The position numbers were made by a program, and so were the translations under genes. Below, piece after piece: positions 50,274 to 64,000 of a stretch of 64,000 nt of DNA; the first letter of the stretch is position 1; each line of letters opens with the position of its first letter. This DNA comes from Azolla caroliniana (lineage: Eukaryota; Plantae; Polypodiophyta), in assembly GCA_043228905.1 (NCBI GenBank), contig JBHGNT010000017.1:17918001-17982000 (forward strand). The letters are read 5' to 3'. The notes under the pieces were generated by a model. The model saw only the letters and a program-made list of their open reading frames with translations. It did not search any database and was not told where the DNA came from.

Positions 50274-53200
50274 CAATAAATGATGGCTTTGTAACTAAGA
50301 CATAATTTGAATTGCAAAGATATATTAGGCAATTGAAAGCATGTTATTTTTGGCAGTTCTCATTGTTGGAAACTCTAGGAATGTTATCGCCTTAGGATAT
50401 CCCAATATGTGAGTTGTTGAGGCATTATATTCGCCTTTTGTGTTGGCCTTTTCACCACACAATTTCTTATGTCTATAAAATCCCAATTGAGATCCCCAAG
50501 TGTTGTTTGTAGTTGTTTTATAAGCATTAATCCACTTAGTATTGAAATTATTATTTGCTATGTGTGTGCGCGCTCGCGTGTGACACACGTGAGTTTAGTA
50601 CAAAGCACGAAAGTGGATCATATACATCTATCATAATTCATGTTGAGTTTGAACATAACATCGAGCTTATATTTTGCAAGCTTCTTAAACTTACAAAAGT
50701 CACCATCTTCAAATTCAAATTGGGACAATATTCCAATACACCTTTCAAAATTCGTTTTTGTCTTGTAAAATAGTAGAGGTTATATAATTATTAGTGGAGT
50801 CCCCCACTTTGAAGATGCGCACACACGTAGATATCTTTACTGAGTGATTGTGAATTTAACATTGTTTATCTTGTGTTCTTGAACCTAATTTTACGGAAGA
50901 TACTTTTTTGTGACTAACCTTTTTAATTACTTCATGTTATAGATATCATGCCTACATAGTACAAAGTCGTGTCACTTTTTTTAGATGCTAATAATCCATA
51001 TGGATTGATTCCATCCTAAACTATGCACCTTATCAACATGATTGTGAAATCAAAAGGAGATTCCAATATGACAAGATTTTTCTCCAGACTTTTCATTTAT
51101 GCTATTATACATTATTATTTATTGCAAATTTACTATTCATTTTTACAAAGAAGAAATGAGGCAATAGGGATGAGGCGCGCCTAGTTAAGTTGTATTAAAA
51201 TGCACATCGTGGTGTTGTAATGGTGCTCTTCTCCACGTGACTAATATATGGAGCTCTCTACTTGTGATCTTATGATTTCTCGTGCAAAAATACTAGATTT
51301 TTAAGCATCATATGTATCTCCTTTGTAAAAAAGAAAAGCATTCCATGATGTTTTTCAACAATGGAATTATGACATTATATTTAGTGGCCTCCCACCCCAC
51401 CTATTTTTGTTTGCATTGAGTAAATGAAAAAAGAATATGTAAGTATGCGCTCAATATTCTGTTTGAAAGCGCATGGTTCTTGTTGTTGGGTAATCATGCC
51501 ACTATTCGTGGAAAACAATAAGAATCATAGTTAGAGAAAAGATGCTCGATGAGCAAGACGTCGTGCCATTCTAAGAACTTTCAAACTGGGGAAGGGGGGA
51601 ACTAGACAATAGATAGGTTCGTAGTAACATTTTGGAAAAGATTCCTCGGGAACAAGGGACTTTGTAACTTTTGAAAGAATCTAACAAAAAAAGGTCCCAC
51701 AATGAGGAGAGAAGGTGGTTTGCTTTGGATAACAAATGAATAAAGCAAGAAACAAGACATCATCGCGTTAAATGGAGGTTAGATAACATAGGTGAAGGGA
51801 ATATGTATGATGAGATAAAGTCGAATATGTGGGGTATACAAGGACACGTGAAAAATCCAATCATGTGTGCATTGTATACGAATCTAGATTCAGAAGTACG
51901 TGTTGAGAATCTTATTTTTGTTTGTTGATGATTGTGGAGTGGAGGAGATTAAAGAATCTTAGTACCTCGATGTGCACATGTGTACACTTCAATCAGAAGT
52001 TTCTTGGGCAGATGGTGTTTGTTACCCTTTGAGATTGCGAGTGTAACATGTACCCTTTAAGTAATAACGGCATGTATCCTTCCAAAGCTTTTATATTAAC
52101 TTGTTTCTCCAATTTTGTTTGGCCATAAGCAAATATTCGAGTCAAAAGAGGAGCATGACTCCGTATATTCCCACGATAAACAATGCACTCTTGATGTATA
52201 TATTCGATTGATATTGTATGATCTCGATGTGAACGTTGCTCGGTATTCCGCAAAATGCATAAGTCTAGAACTTTGCAACTTTGATATGTTGACTTTGGCA
52301 ACAAACAATAATCGGTAAGTTGTGAATTTTAAATGAGAAATATAGATACCAAAGAAATGGGAGAATGCTAAAACATGTGAATTTTAGGAGAATGGACCAT
52401 GGTGTTAAAAAACAAAAGATTTAATAAACAAACCGAGAAGGTCGGCAATGATGAGTTACCGATTCAATCCTTAAACATGCAAGATGAGGATTAGGCTAAT
52501 ATTTTGGCGTTGAGTTGTTCACAATTCTAAATGTGCTACTTCTATAAATACAACATCATGTAAACCATGCAATGCTACATCATAATGATTTCAAATCTTG
52601 TTATCAATAAGAATTTTTAGAGAGGATACAAATTCGTAAAAGGATGTTACTGATAGCATTTTTACCTTTGAGCAATCATGAGAATGAACCAGTTTCATGT
52701 GGTAAAAGTGAGGTTAATAATGTTTCAAATTCAATATGAACATCTTCAATCCTCCTTATAAATATTTAAGGAAACAATGGTTCCCATAGTTTTTAGAATT
52801 TACTTGAACATATAAAAATAAACTATATTAAGTATTGGCAAGAATAGGCCGACAATGCATTGAAAGTATTAGCAAGAATAAGCCGATCAGGCTTTGAAAT
52901 TAACAAGAGTTGTCCAAGTCTTTACAAATTTTTGAAGGAGGCCCACTCGAATATCTAACTTTGGTAATAGCGAATATTATGTTAAATTGTGTATTCAACA
53001 TTCATAAAACTCTGATAAATAAGTTCATTAAAACACAACTTGTTCTTTTTAACTAAATCGCATGTTGTCACGTTCTATGGAATTGTAATGATCCTAGTAA
53101 GTGCCCATTTCCCACACTTGATGTGGAGGTATACTATTAGGGTGACAATGCTTCATTGCTTAAAAGAGGTGTATGGAACTCACTATGTCCATACACGTGA

Positions 53201-54372
53201 TCTTGTGTGACTTCGGATGCGTAATACTATTGAGGAACTCGCGCATAACAACTATTTGTGATCATAGGTATGATGGAGCTCCTTATGCACATACTCTGCG
53301 CTCCTTGAGAAAAACAATTGATGGTGGGTTTTGTCATTCACTCGTGATCAATAAGAATATTGCAGCAACTAATTGGCTAAATAGTGTCTTTGTAAGTGTC
53401 AAATTCATATTGCCCCATTGTCACACATTTACCACCATTACTCACAAATCCTAACCTAAAAATAACCTTTCATAATATCCCTAAGAAAGATTCCATGTAC
53501 GTTCACTTGACGACATCAAGTAAATGGTCATTGTGTTCTTTCGACACATTTTATAGTTGAAATTATCAATCAAGAGAAAACGGTGTGCAAACAACGTATA
53601 TTCAAATACTGGAAATAAAAACAACATGCTAAAGCTTAAGCTTAGCTAAAGAAAGGGGGTGGGTGGTGTATTTTGCATATGGGTAGGGTATCACTATGTG
53701 ATTTTGAAGTACAATGTTTTGAAAGATAGTTTCACCAAACAACTAGAAACTTTCATTTATATCATAGATGGAGGAATCGTTCAAGGGAACATTTATTTCC
53801 AGAGGTGCATATTCCTATACTAACACTTTAAGATTTAGATGTGATTTTTTGTTTCACAAGTAAATCAAACTAAACTCAATTCCGTTTGCTTCCTCCAGAC
53901 AACAAGTAGATCATCGTTGCAAGAATGATTCAAGACACAAACAAATAAACAAGGATATAAGGGTCGAGAGGGAGATTGGTTGTGATACTTAACAAAACAA
54001 AGCATGCAATATGACAAGTTTGTTCACTACGTAAAAAAGAAACAAGCGAACAAAACAGGGACATGGAAAGCGAGGGCAGATACGATGAATGCATTAAATG
54101 CACAATGGTGCTGGCTCCAAATTGCTTGTGTTTGTTTTTCTTTTCGGTCTAGGGTGGTGGGTCAAGAGGGAATCGAACGTGACCGAAAGTTTTCATAGGT
54201 CACATACACACACATACAAAATGACCACAAGATTTCATTAAGTCACATACTTCACACATACAAAATGAAGTATGAGAAAGAAAGACGGAGGATATTTATC
54301 TTAAGTGGCCTAAAAAGAAAGGCAAGCAAAGGAATATTCTCTCACCCATGACCACTTTTTATTGGATTCTAG

Positions 54373-54375
<3 letters not shown>

Positions 54376-54426
<51 letters not shown>
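54376..54426. repeat. (CT)n microsatellite
   Basis: About 25 CT units. Confidence 0.95.
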
Positions 54427-54429
<3 letters not shown>

Positions 54430-54964
54430 CCTTTGTCCAAAGTCGTTCTATTCTCTCTCATCTTTCTTCAGCTATTCCGTTCTCCCGTTTGGGCCATTCT
54501 TGTCTCTCAGACTTGAACACGGGCTCGGACATCATTCATGTGTCTCGGGCTCGGGCTCGGACACGACCTCGTGAGCTACAAGAATAGCTCGGACATCACT
54601 CCATGTGATATGCTCTCTAACGAACATGGTATTGTCAGAGAGCATATCATCACAGGGAAGCAAGAGAAATAATTGTATGGGAAGCGAGAGAGAAAGAGAG
54701 TGTGGTGTCCTGCGTAATATTCAAAGTTGTATATGTATAGTATAAGAGCATTTTTGTCCCGTGTTTGGTTCACATCGCGTGATCTCTTGTGTGTATGAAG
54801 TGACAAGCATATTTCTGGGACATAACAGAGAGCAATTGAGCTGAAACACGTGGGACGGCCATTGTGGTAGTATTGCTGAGGCATGATGGGATGGGATCGA
54901 CAATATGGCCCGAAACTCTTCTTTTTTCTAAGAAAGAATCCATATTTGTCCGTTTCTCGCACAG

Positions 54965-55248
54965 AATCCAAAACCCAAAACCTAGAGCCCAAAAACCCAA
55001 AACCCTAATGCCAAAATCCAAAATCCAAAATCCAAAACCCTAAACCCTATCTTGGTACATGGCCTGGACAGACCGATGGACGGTCTATCGGCCATACACC
55101 CGCCCATCAATTCATTTGCTCTCTTCTCTCTCTCTCTCTCTCTCTAGAATTTCTCCACATAATCTCTCTCTCTCTCTCTCCACACACACTCCCTACTCTC
55201 TCTCTCTCTCTTCATCACACACACACACACTCTCTCTCCACACACACT

Positions 55249-55284
<36 letters not shown>

Positions 55285-55612
55285 CACACTCTCTACTCTC
55301 TCTCTCTCCACACACACTCTCTATTGTCTCTCTCTCTCTCTCTCTCTCTCTCTTCAGCTCACACATTAAGTTGTCCTGTTTCTCTGCAGGCTCCTCCTCC
55401 TCCTCCTCCTGTATATTAGGGTTTCTCTTTAGCCACACAGAAATTAACACAGAGGAGAAACGCACAAAGAGAGAGAGAGAGAGAGAGAAAGAGTATGTGA
55501 GTGAGAGAGATAGAGATAGAGAGAGAGAAAGCGCTGACACAACTAAGCTGAAGATAGAAGAAGAGCCTCCTTTCTTCTTCTTCTTCTTCTTCTTCTTCTT
55601 TTGTCATCATCA
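54965..55612 (+). promoter_or_regulatory. Promoter/5' UTR region of the MYB-CC gene
   Basis: Telo-box-like AAACCCTAA (~55000 and ~55035), long CT/CA and GA tracts, CAG|GTAATC donor at ~55613 consistent with a 5' UTR intron ending at 55927. Confidence 0.55.
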
Positions 55613-55955
55613 GGTAATCTCATTTCTCTTAGCATCGAGATAAGGAAACCCTAACTTGTTCTTCAATCCCTTCCAAGGCTTTTGGATCGAATCTATATGT
55701 TCGTTTATTTGCCTAGGGTTTCTTTATCACCCCCGGCCTTACATGTATGAATTAGGTTTCCTCATTCACCATCATAGAGCTTCTCTTATATGAATTAGGG
55801 TTTCATCACAGATGTGTTGCTAGTTTTTTCTTCTTTTTCCTTCACGTTAGTTTTCATCATTTCGAAAATCTAACATATATTGGAGATGAATTTAAATTCA
55901 AACAAGACCTTTCCTTTTTTTGTATAGTCTAGAAGAACCTTTTATAGAGAACACG

Positions 55956-58736
55956 ATGTATCAGATGGAGCAATATGGGGCTGTGAATAGATTTCCAATA
56001 AATCACATTCAACCGTTCTTCAAGATCAATGATAAAACAGAGGGTGGAAGAGGTCGAGGTCGAGGACGAGTAGGTGATACTGATCATGAAGATGATCATG
56101 GGATATCTTCTTCAATGAATGATGGTGTCATTCTCTCAACCGACCCTAAACCTCGTCTCCGATGGACCTCTCAACTCCACCAAAGATTTGTCGATGCCAT
56201 TACACAATTGGGAGGAGCTGATAGTAAGTGTTTTTGACCCTTTCCTCAAATGATTTCAATCGTTAAACAAGTATATTTCAAATCGGATATTCATTTAGCA
56301 AATCTTTGTGTGGTACCAATGGCTTTGTGATGGAAATGTCTCTATCTTATCATCAGAGAATGGCCTCTCCAAAGTTATACAATAGTGGATATATGTAGAA
56401 ATCAGTATCACTATGGAATTTTCTGACGTAATGAATAATGCCACAAAAGGTGCATAGAAATGGAACGGTTTATCAATCGGTGAGCTGTCTGGGTATGGTA
56501 AATACTGTTGTCGAAATATGTAGCAATCTTTGAGCTGTCTGGGGTGGGGCAATATAAAGAATTGCTATGAAAATGTCTCACCTATTGGAAAAGAGCCTAC
56601 TACAAAGCACATGAAAGTAGAAATATTTATCAATCTTTACATGATACTTTGGTGGTGTATAAGTATCCCTCTGGAAATGTTTCTATGAGAGAATGAACTG
56701 TTTGGGCTGCCTGTTGCACTATGATCTATCACTAATGGAGGTGGTGTCATATGTTGCTTATTAATCAAGATTGTGGGTGGGTAATCATTTTTTATGTCTG
56801 GTTTCTTGCATGGACAAAGCCACCAGACCATAACCATATATTTTTGTGCATGGACAAATGTTTGATGCTTTGTGAGAACTACCCATATGTCTTATATGAA
56901 ATTGGCTTATGGAATTTCTGTTGCAGAGGCTACACCAAAGTCCGTAATGCGACTGATGAATGTCAAGGGGCTCACATTGTATCATCTCAAGAGTCATCTT
57001 CAGGTTAGAAATTGAGCATTTCACTTCCATGGTCTGTTGATGCAATGCTCGGTAAGATAGATGATGAATTTAAACACATGCATTTCTCTAGAAATATCGC
57101 CTTGGAAAGCAATCAAACAAAGATATGGTTGACGCGGATATGCCGAAGCTTGGTAAGAACTAGAAGCAACGTATATTTGACCACTCCAGCAATGTTGTTT
57201 TTAATTGTTTTCAAGCTGTATGTATGTGTATGCGCATTGTTGTAATTTACTGTGATATCTGTAATGAGCCCAGGTGACAAGAGCACATTGGAAAGTCATA
57301 GATCAGTTACAGGAAGATTGGATAGTATCCCTATTCAAGAGAGCCCTGAGTAAGCCTATTCAAAGCCATTGGTATAAATCTTGGTTCCTTATCTTTGCTT
57401 GGTTTCAGTTAATATGCTTTGTATGTTTTCCTTCAGGAATGCACAAATAACAGAAGCAATTGGGCTGCAGATGGAAGTGGAACGAAAGCTTCACGAGCAG
57501 CTAGAGGTAATAAAAAGAAAACAAAAAGAGAAAAGCGAAAAAGCACATAGTGTTAGGCCCAAATTCACAGAGGCTGACTACCCTCTTAACTACCACACCT
57601 TGTGAGATATATTATACTTCACCTTACCTCGAGTAATTAATGCATAATGTTATGCTCTAATCTGAAATGTGGGAATCTTATGGGAAAAATGTCTGAAAAT
57701 CTTTTTGTGTTAAGTTAATCAATGTAATAATGCATAATGTTATGCTCTAATCTGAATTGTTGGAATCTTATTGAAAAAATATCTGAAAATCTTATTGTGT
57801 TAACTTAATCAACGTCATAATGCTTAATATTATGCTCTAATCTGAAATGTGGGAATCTTATTGAAAAAATGTCTGAAAATCTTTTTGTGTTAAGTTAATC
57901 AATGTCATAATAGGCCATTGTGAACCTAGGCTCCTTTGTGATTTCACACTGAAAAGTTGGAGGTTCTTCAGGTTCAAAGGCTCTTGCAAGTTCGCATTGA
58001 GGCGCAAGGGCGGTACCTCCAGTCCATCCTCGAGAAGGCACAACTAACTCTTGCACGTCAAAATGATTCCGGCACCGAACTTGAGCCCGAACGTCCAGAA
58101 TCCTCTGATCAGACCACAAAAGTGTCGGCCATGGATTGCTCAGGCTCGAATTATTCGCGCTCCCGGTTACCTGCCATGGGTGATGGCACTTTTGAAGATC
58201 GTGGTATTGGACACCCGCCAGAGAGATCTGAATGCTCCCCCCAGAGTTGTCTCACACATCTTGTTTCGAACGAGAGATCGGATACAAATGGCGGGAATGA
58301 CGAATCTTGGCTTAATTATAAGAGGCCGAGATTGTTTAATGTCGAGGAATATGAGGATGCAGAGGTTGGGCAAAACATGGATGAGGAAGGTTTGCAGCTA
58401 AATCGAAGCAATGGTAGGAGCTATGGTCGGATTTTGGATGTGAATGCCAAGGATAGAGACATAGGTCTTCATTGGGGTTTTGACAACTATAGAGTGGTTG
58501 ACCCATACATGCTTAAAGAAGAAGAAGAAGAAGAAGGTAAGGGAGGATTTAGGAGTTTTGAATCTATAGATAGATCAGTTCCTCACTTTCATAGGGAACA
58601 TTCCGTGAAACCCACCGAAACAGGTGCATTTTGTGATCGCATTTCGAATCACACGGCGAACTATAGATTGAGGAAAGACCTTGACTTGAATGCCATAGGT
58701 GATGGAAGTACATTTCAACATAGGGAATTTATCTGA
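55956..58736 (+). CDS. GARP G2-like MYB-CC transcription factor (PHR1-like/PHL/MYR family), 6 coding exons: 55956-56223, 56927-57003, 57092-57152, 57274-57349, 57437-57506, 57972-58736
   Basis: KPRLRWTSQLHQRFVDAITQLGGAD|KATPKSVMRLMNVKGLTLYHLKSHLQ|KYRLGK MYB domain; QMEVERKLHEQLE|VQRLLQVRIEAQGRYLQ coiled coil; all GT-AG introns in phase. Confidence 0.93.
57638..57911. repeat. 90-bp tandem repeat x3 in the last intron of the MYB-CC gene
   Basis: TAATGC(A/T)TAAT(G/A)TTATGCTCTAATCTGAA at 57638, 57728 and 57818. Confidence 0.92.
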
Positions 58737-61706
58737 ATGCTATAGTGCTATTGTAGCCTCGCAAGTAAAAACCTTAAGATGTCGAGAACGAGGGGATTCA
58801 CAAAATTGACTCCTACGCATACAAGGCACACCATTATTCCCTAGGAACTTGTAAAATGTATGAATTACGTTGGACGGTATCGTGGTTCAGCGTTGTGTGA
58901 CCTCCGTCTCTCCTAATTCTTTTTGTCACATGATCTGAAAGGGAATTTCGGTGTAGACCCAGGATTTCGTAATGAAATGTGCTATGTTGTTGGGATATGT
59001 AGCTTTTAGGTTTGGCAATTCTAATGGCATGGTCTAGATTTTAGACTCATTAGGTCATTTACTTGGTACTAACACAATTTAATGCAAGATGCAACTGGAG
59101 ATTAAATCTTATGCGATTCTAGAGTATAATTTCCAAGATGATACTTGATCCTTAGTACATTCGTAATCCCTCACACTTCTACACACATGATATCAATAGA
59201 CTATTATATCAATCTCAAAACTTTGGCAATGTGTAACAAGAACATGTTGGTTGCAAGACTTGCTCTGAAATAGAAAGCAATATTGCTACACTTGTAAGGA
59301 AGTCTTTATAAAATATTACATGTAAGCCTTTATAATTACTTGTATGAAGTGTTTGTGGATGGATGGTAGGAAAATCCAAGCATTAATTATGAAATTCTTA
59401 TTTTCTAAGTGGAGGTGATGAAACTTTGGTTCTAACAAACAAAAGTCTATGGAGTTTGGCATCTAATGTTCATACAATGGAGGACTTGTATGGTGACATT
59501 TCTCATACTCCAATTGTATCCCCATACACATTTGATGTCTCTAACTTCTAAGCTTGAACAACGAAATAAAGATTTGCTCAAATATGCTATTGCATTTCCT
59601 TTGTATGTGTGTTTCACAACCCTATGGCATGTTTCTTGTGTGGTCTAAATTTGTATCATGAAAGCAATCTTGATTGAACCATCCAAAATTTTGTTTGTCT
59701 TAGCTAAAATACGTTTGCCACTTGCTAGTTTTGTGATCCTCTTTGCACAAGTGCATTCATGTCATATAGCTCTTGCTTCATGTACATATGTATGAGTTGC
59801 AATTGACAAGTAGAGGTGACAATACAAGGGCTAATTAAGTTTATCAAGTACAACTAAAGGATAATGACAAAGCATGCACACCATGGCACACACCATGAGA
59901 ACTTATCCTATAAATGGTGATATTATTTGTTTTCTTTTGAAACCTTTAGCACAACAATGATTGCATTTTTGGAAGTTGATCATGTGTTCAATAGTGATGC
60001 AGAAGGGAATAAATTCTAAAGAATATTTGGACTTTGGACTGACATAGATCGACTCTTGGAGAAGGTCTTTCATGATTGGAGGAATAAACTCAATGCCATA
60101 AAAGTATGGTTCATAAGAGACTTGAGTTAGAAATCAAATATGATAAATAATTGGAAGAACTTATGCATAAAGACATGGGTACTTGTACCAAGAGGTAGAT
60201 AGGAGGTATTTTGTCATAATTGTTTCCCATTGTTTGCAAGTGAATTTCAATACATCTTTTTAAGTATCCCTATCATTGCTGACTTTTTTATATGTTTTAG
60301 CGATTATTAGACTCTGATAATGAATGAAGATCGTAATTGATGGTTGTTGTAGACAATGGAGAATCATCTAGCAACACTTGATGAGATGGGGATTGAGGTG
60401 GATATGTCAAAATGGATGCAAAGAATCTATTCTTGATATCACCACTTTTTCACATGTCGAAGTTTTTTTCATTATTTCAATTAATTGTTTGTTGATTGGG
60501 ATGCCATACACATAAAAATGAACATTTGAGGACCCCTAGATAGAATTCATATAAAGAGACTTGGTCCAGAAAAGACAAGGAGAAAATACATGATGGCAAT
60601 GATGTTGAAGATGCGATGCGATTTCAACACCTTATTTTTTTCCAAATGTTTGGTTGGTGTTTTGATTTTTTTTTTCAATTCAATGGAAACCATGCAACAA
60701 ATATAAAGAGAAGTTTTTTATGCTACAAATAAATTGTGGGAAGTTCTAAACAACCAAAGAAACATTTGTTTTTATTTTTTAACGAATACTTCGTAGGTAC
60801 CAAATGTTAGCGGTGAAAGTTGAGTATTTTAAAATGCAAGCTTTTAATATTGGACAAACATATCAGGTTTTATATCCTTCAATGATATGTTGTAGGTTCA
60901 CTAGGCAAAATGCTAAGAAATGCATGGCAATTGGTAGGTGTTCACATTCTCAACTCTTGATATGGGAGTTTAGAATATATGCTTGGCTAAGTAATGCTAT
61001 ATGATGGCACTAATCATTGGTTCATTCATTGTGGATAGTAAATCAATTATAGGTCAACAAAGCGAACGAGCTTATTGGTTCAACCCTAGACTCTTATCTT
61101 GATATGAAGGGATGTTTCATGTTAGTGAAGCTAATAGATGACTTTACGTCGAAATTTATACTCAACACCTGATGGAGAAAGAAGATCGTATAGTTCCCAT
61201 AATCTCATGGTGTTGTATGCATGAAAAGGAAAAGTTAGCCAAATTACAAAAGAAAATTCCAGGAACACGGGCAAGTTTGGGAGTGATCATAACGCATCCA
61301 TTATCATGAATGGTCAAGAATCACTTTCTTCTTTTGACCAAATGAATTGTCATTTAGTAACTACAAGAGTGATATTTTAAGAAAAAAACTATAAAAGGTT
61401 TTTTTTTTTGGGGTGGGGGGGGGGGGGGGGAGCTTGTGTTTTAAGATTGCAATAAAAAAGCGAGAATAAAATCTTTGGTTATAAGGTTGGAATAAAAACT
61501 TAACACAAGGGGAATGTAAATGATGATGTTGTGAATGCATATTATTTAATGTTCTAATGTGCATATAGTTCTACACATGTAACACTAATTGTTTGTTTGT
61601 TTGTTTGTGTTGCGTTGTGCCCATGTTGGCTTGTCTTGTCTTGTGTCATCTCTCGCCAAGTTGTTTCTTGTCGTGTTGCCTTGTCTTTAGATTAGATTAA
61701 AGAGAG

Positions 61707-63286
61707 ATGATGTCCTCTTCTTCTTCTTCTTCATTTGTGAAGAGGGCAACATCAAGTGTGGCTTCCTCTTCATTGAAAGCCTTCAATTTCTTCATCTCCT
61801 CTCCTATATCCAAACAAGACCTCAAAGTTGGTGATCACATCTACGCTTGGCGTGCGGCATATTCCTATGCTCATCATGGTAACCAATCACAAAGAGAGGA
61901 GAGAGAGATATCTATAAAGTTAGGGATTACTAAAAAGTAAGTGTCTGATACTCTAATTGAGATGCAAAAGATAATTTGATGAGTACACAAATATGCATAG
62001 ACGAGTCTAAGTAGTGTAGGTACGTCGCTAACAATTCGAACATAGCAATCAAGAGGGACATGGGTTCAATCACTATGTAAGCCAAGGTTAAGGTAATGAA
62101 CATTGAGGACCAAGGTTGTAGGAGTCTTACTTGGGTCAAACCCTACAAGCTCAATAAAAAACTGTAACTTGACTTGTTTGGGATTTTAATTCTCCAATAT
62201 TATGTCTAGATTTATTTTTATAAGTGGGAATGACAGAAAATTACCACGAGTTTTATCCAAATTTAGCCCTAAGAACTTTCATCGTTGATGTTGAAAATGC
62301 CAACCAACAAATTTGAAGTTTTAAACGGCTTCTAGAAAATGAAGGGCATGATTTTCTTGAAAAATAGAAGTTATATAGCTTTGATGTCTAATAATTCCTA
62401 TTACAATCAATGTTATGGGTTATGTAATGTGTCTTAGAGTTTAATTAAAGATATTTCTACATTTGTCTATTTACATGATTGATCTTGAGGCTCACATTTT
62501 TTGAGTGGAATTAATTACTAAATGTCATCAAATTTGAGGCATTGGGTTTTAAAACTAAGTTTCCATGTATCTTTAACAAACATGTCCATTATGCACTCAC
62601 ATTGCATGATAAATATAGGCATATATATTGGTGATGGGAAGGTGATCCATTTCACCAGAGGAGAAGGCGAAGAACTCGGCACTGGCACAATGTTTGACAG
62701 TTTCCTTACAGCATCGGCATCAACCCCAATTCATGGGCATCGTGGCCCTTGTCCTTATTGTGGTTTGAATAAGGATAGCAATGGGGTTCTTCTCTCATGT
62801 TTGGATTGTTTCCTTTGGGGATACCCGTTGCATCGGTTTGAGTACGGGGAAAACCTTGTAGTTTTCCTAGCTAAAGCAAGAGGTGGAACATGTACACTCG
62901 CTTTAGCGGATTCTCCTGACATGGTCTTACATCGTGCAAAGTATCTCTTGAAGAATGGGTTTGGGTGCTATAATATTTTTCGAAACAATTGTGAAGATTT
63001 TGCTATGTATTGTAAGACTGGGCTTCTTATTTTTCATGGGAGAGCCATTGGAACAAGTGGGCAAGCAGCATCGGTTGTTGGTGCTCCTCTAGCAGCTATT
63101 TTATCTTCTCCTCTCGCATTTTTAACGGCCGAACCGTGGGGATATGTGGTTGTGACAGCCAGCATGTATTGTATCAGTAGGTACGCAACAGACTTGAGCA
63201 ATAGAGTGGATGCAACCAAAATTCCGGTTGAAGATCTCGTGACCAAACTTGGGCCATCTCTTGCAATGCAACCAAAACGATCATAA
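61707..63286 (+). CDS. LRAT-like / NC-domain protein (plant LEAD-SENSITIVE 1-like family), exons 61707-61878 and 62619-63286
   Basis: GDHIYAWRAAYSYAHH|GIYIGDGKVIHF...YNIFRNNCEDF permuted NlpC/P60 His-His-Cys motifs; in-phase GT-AG intron. Confidence 0.92.
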
Positions 63287-64000
63287 TATTAACATTTCAT
63301 AAGGATATTATTTGAGGACCTACATTCATTTTTAGTAGATGTCTCCGACTATATGCCCAAAGAAATGGACTAATGACATCAATGCATGTTTGAGTAGGTA
63401 CTAGTGACAAAATATGTAGTTAAGCCTATATATCTATAGTATAATAAGTATCACAACATACTATCTAGGCTGCAAAATAAATTTTCAATTGTTCTTAAAA
63501 CCCAATGTTATAAATAAATAAACTTTAAGGTTTCACCTGTTTAGCCTATAGATGCGACCAAGCAATTTCTATGGTGTCGTTTTGGATTTCTCATCCCTTA
63601 ATAGCAATTCTATCTATTGCATTGTTATATTGAAACTATAGTTGAAGAATGCTCATCTTGTTGACATCATTTAAGGGTACAAGGATCAAACCTACATGTT
63701 TTAACAATAGGTATTATTGTAATGTCAAGGATATTAGAGAAAGGTATGTACATGGATGTAGTACCTTAGGAAATGTATGTACATCGTGTGTAATGTTGTA
63801 GCATGTTGTGATCTTGTGCAAATTAGAGAAAGAGTAATTTGCTAAAGTTGAAATGATATGTGACAATCATGCAATCGCCCCAATACATGTATATAAAGTC
63901 TCTTCACTAGTAGATTGTTATGATCTTCAATCCCAACTATCAACTCCTTTTGTCTGTCTCTCTTTTGCATATGTTGTCACTCCCATGTATTGGCTCCACC

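Noticed and set aside
54885-55110. Possible MITE with weak inverted ends (GATGGG..TATGGCC / GGCCATA..CCCATC)
   Set aside because: Inverted repeats too degenerate and no clear TSD
55059-55643. 194-aa Ser/Leu-rich ORF
   Set aside because: Translation of CT/GA microsatellites in the promoter/5' UTR
59900-60450. Possible degraded DNA transposase fragment
   Set aside because: No motif I can identify with confidence

Overview
Land-plant genomic DNA. The spliced genes, LTR retroelements and (CT)n tracts suggest a non-seed plant such as a fern, which is inference only. Bases 1-2960 hold a probable DNA-transposon remnant: a transposase-like exon, a palindromic 20-bp satellite and an 83-bp tandem array. 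Bases ~2987-50273 are one deeply nested block of about 15 LTR retrotransposon insertions that I could resolve by LTR termini, PBS/PPT and TSDs. One group is an unusual Ty3/Gypsy family (Gy-A, Gy-B, Gy-D, non-autonomous Gy-E and Gy-I, a solo LTR and an LTR fragment). The rest are Ty1/Copia elements (Co-C, F, G, H, J, K). Bases ~50300-64000 are AT-rich and carry two intact spliced genes: a MYB-CC/PHR1-like transcription factor and an LRAT/NC-domain protein. The most notable system is the Gypsy family. It makes 4-bp TSDs centred on CpG (RCGK), hit the identical nucleotide in two sister elements, primes on tRNA-Trp, has an FLDD RT motif, and places a -1 frameshift cassette (G GAT TTT, 6-nt spacer, predicted pseudoknot) between protease and RT. 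Coordinates were read by eye and may be off by a few bases.
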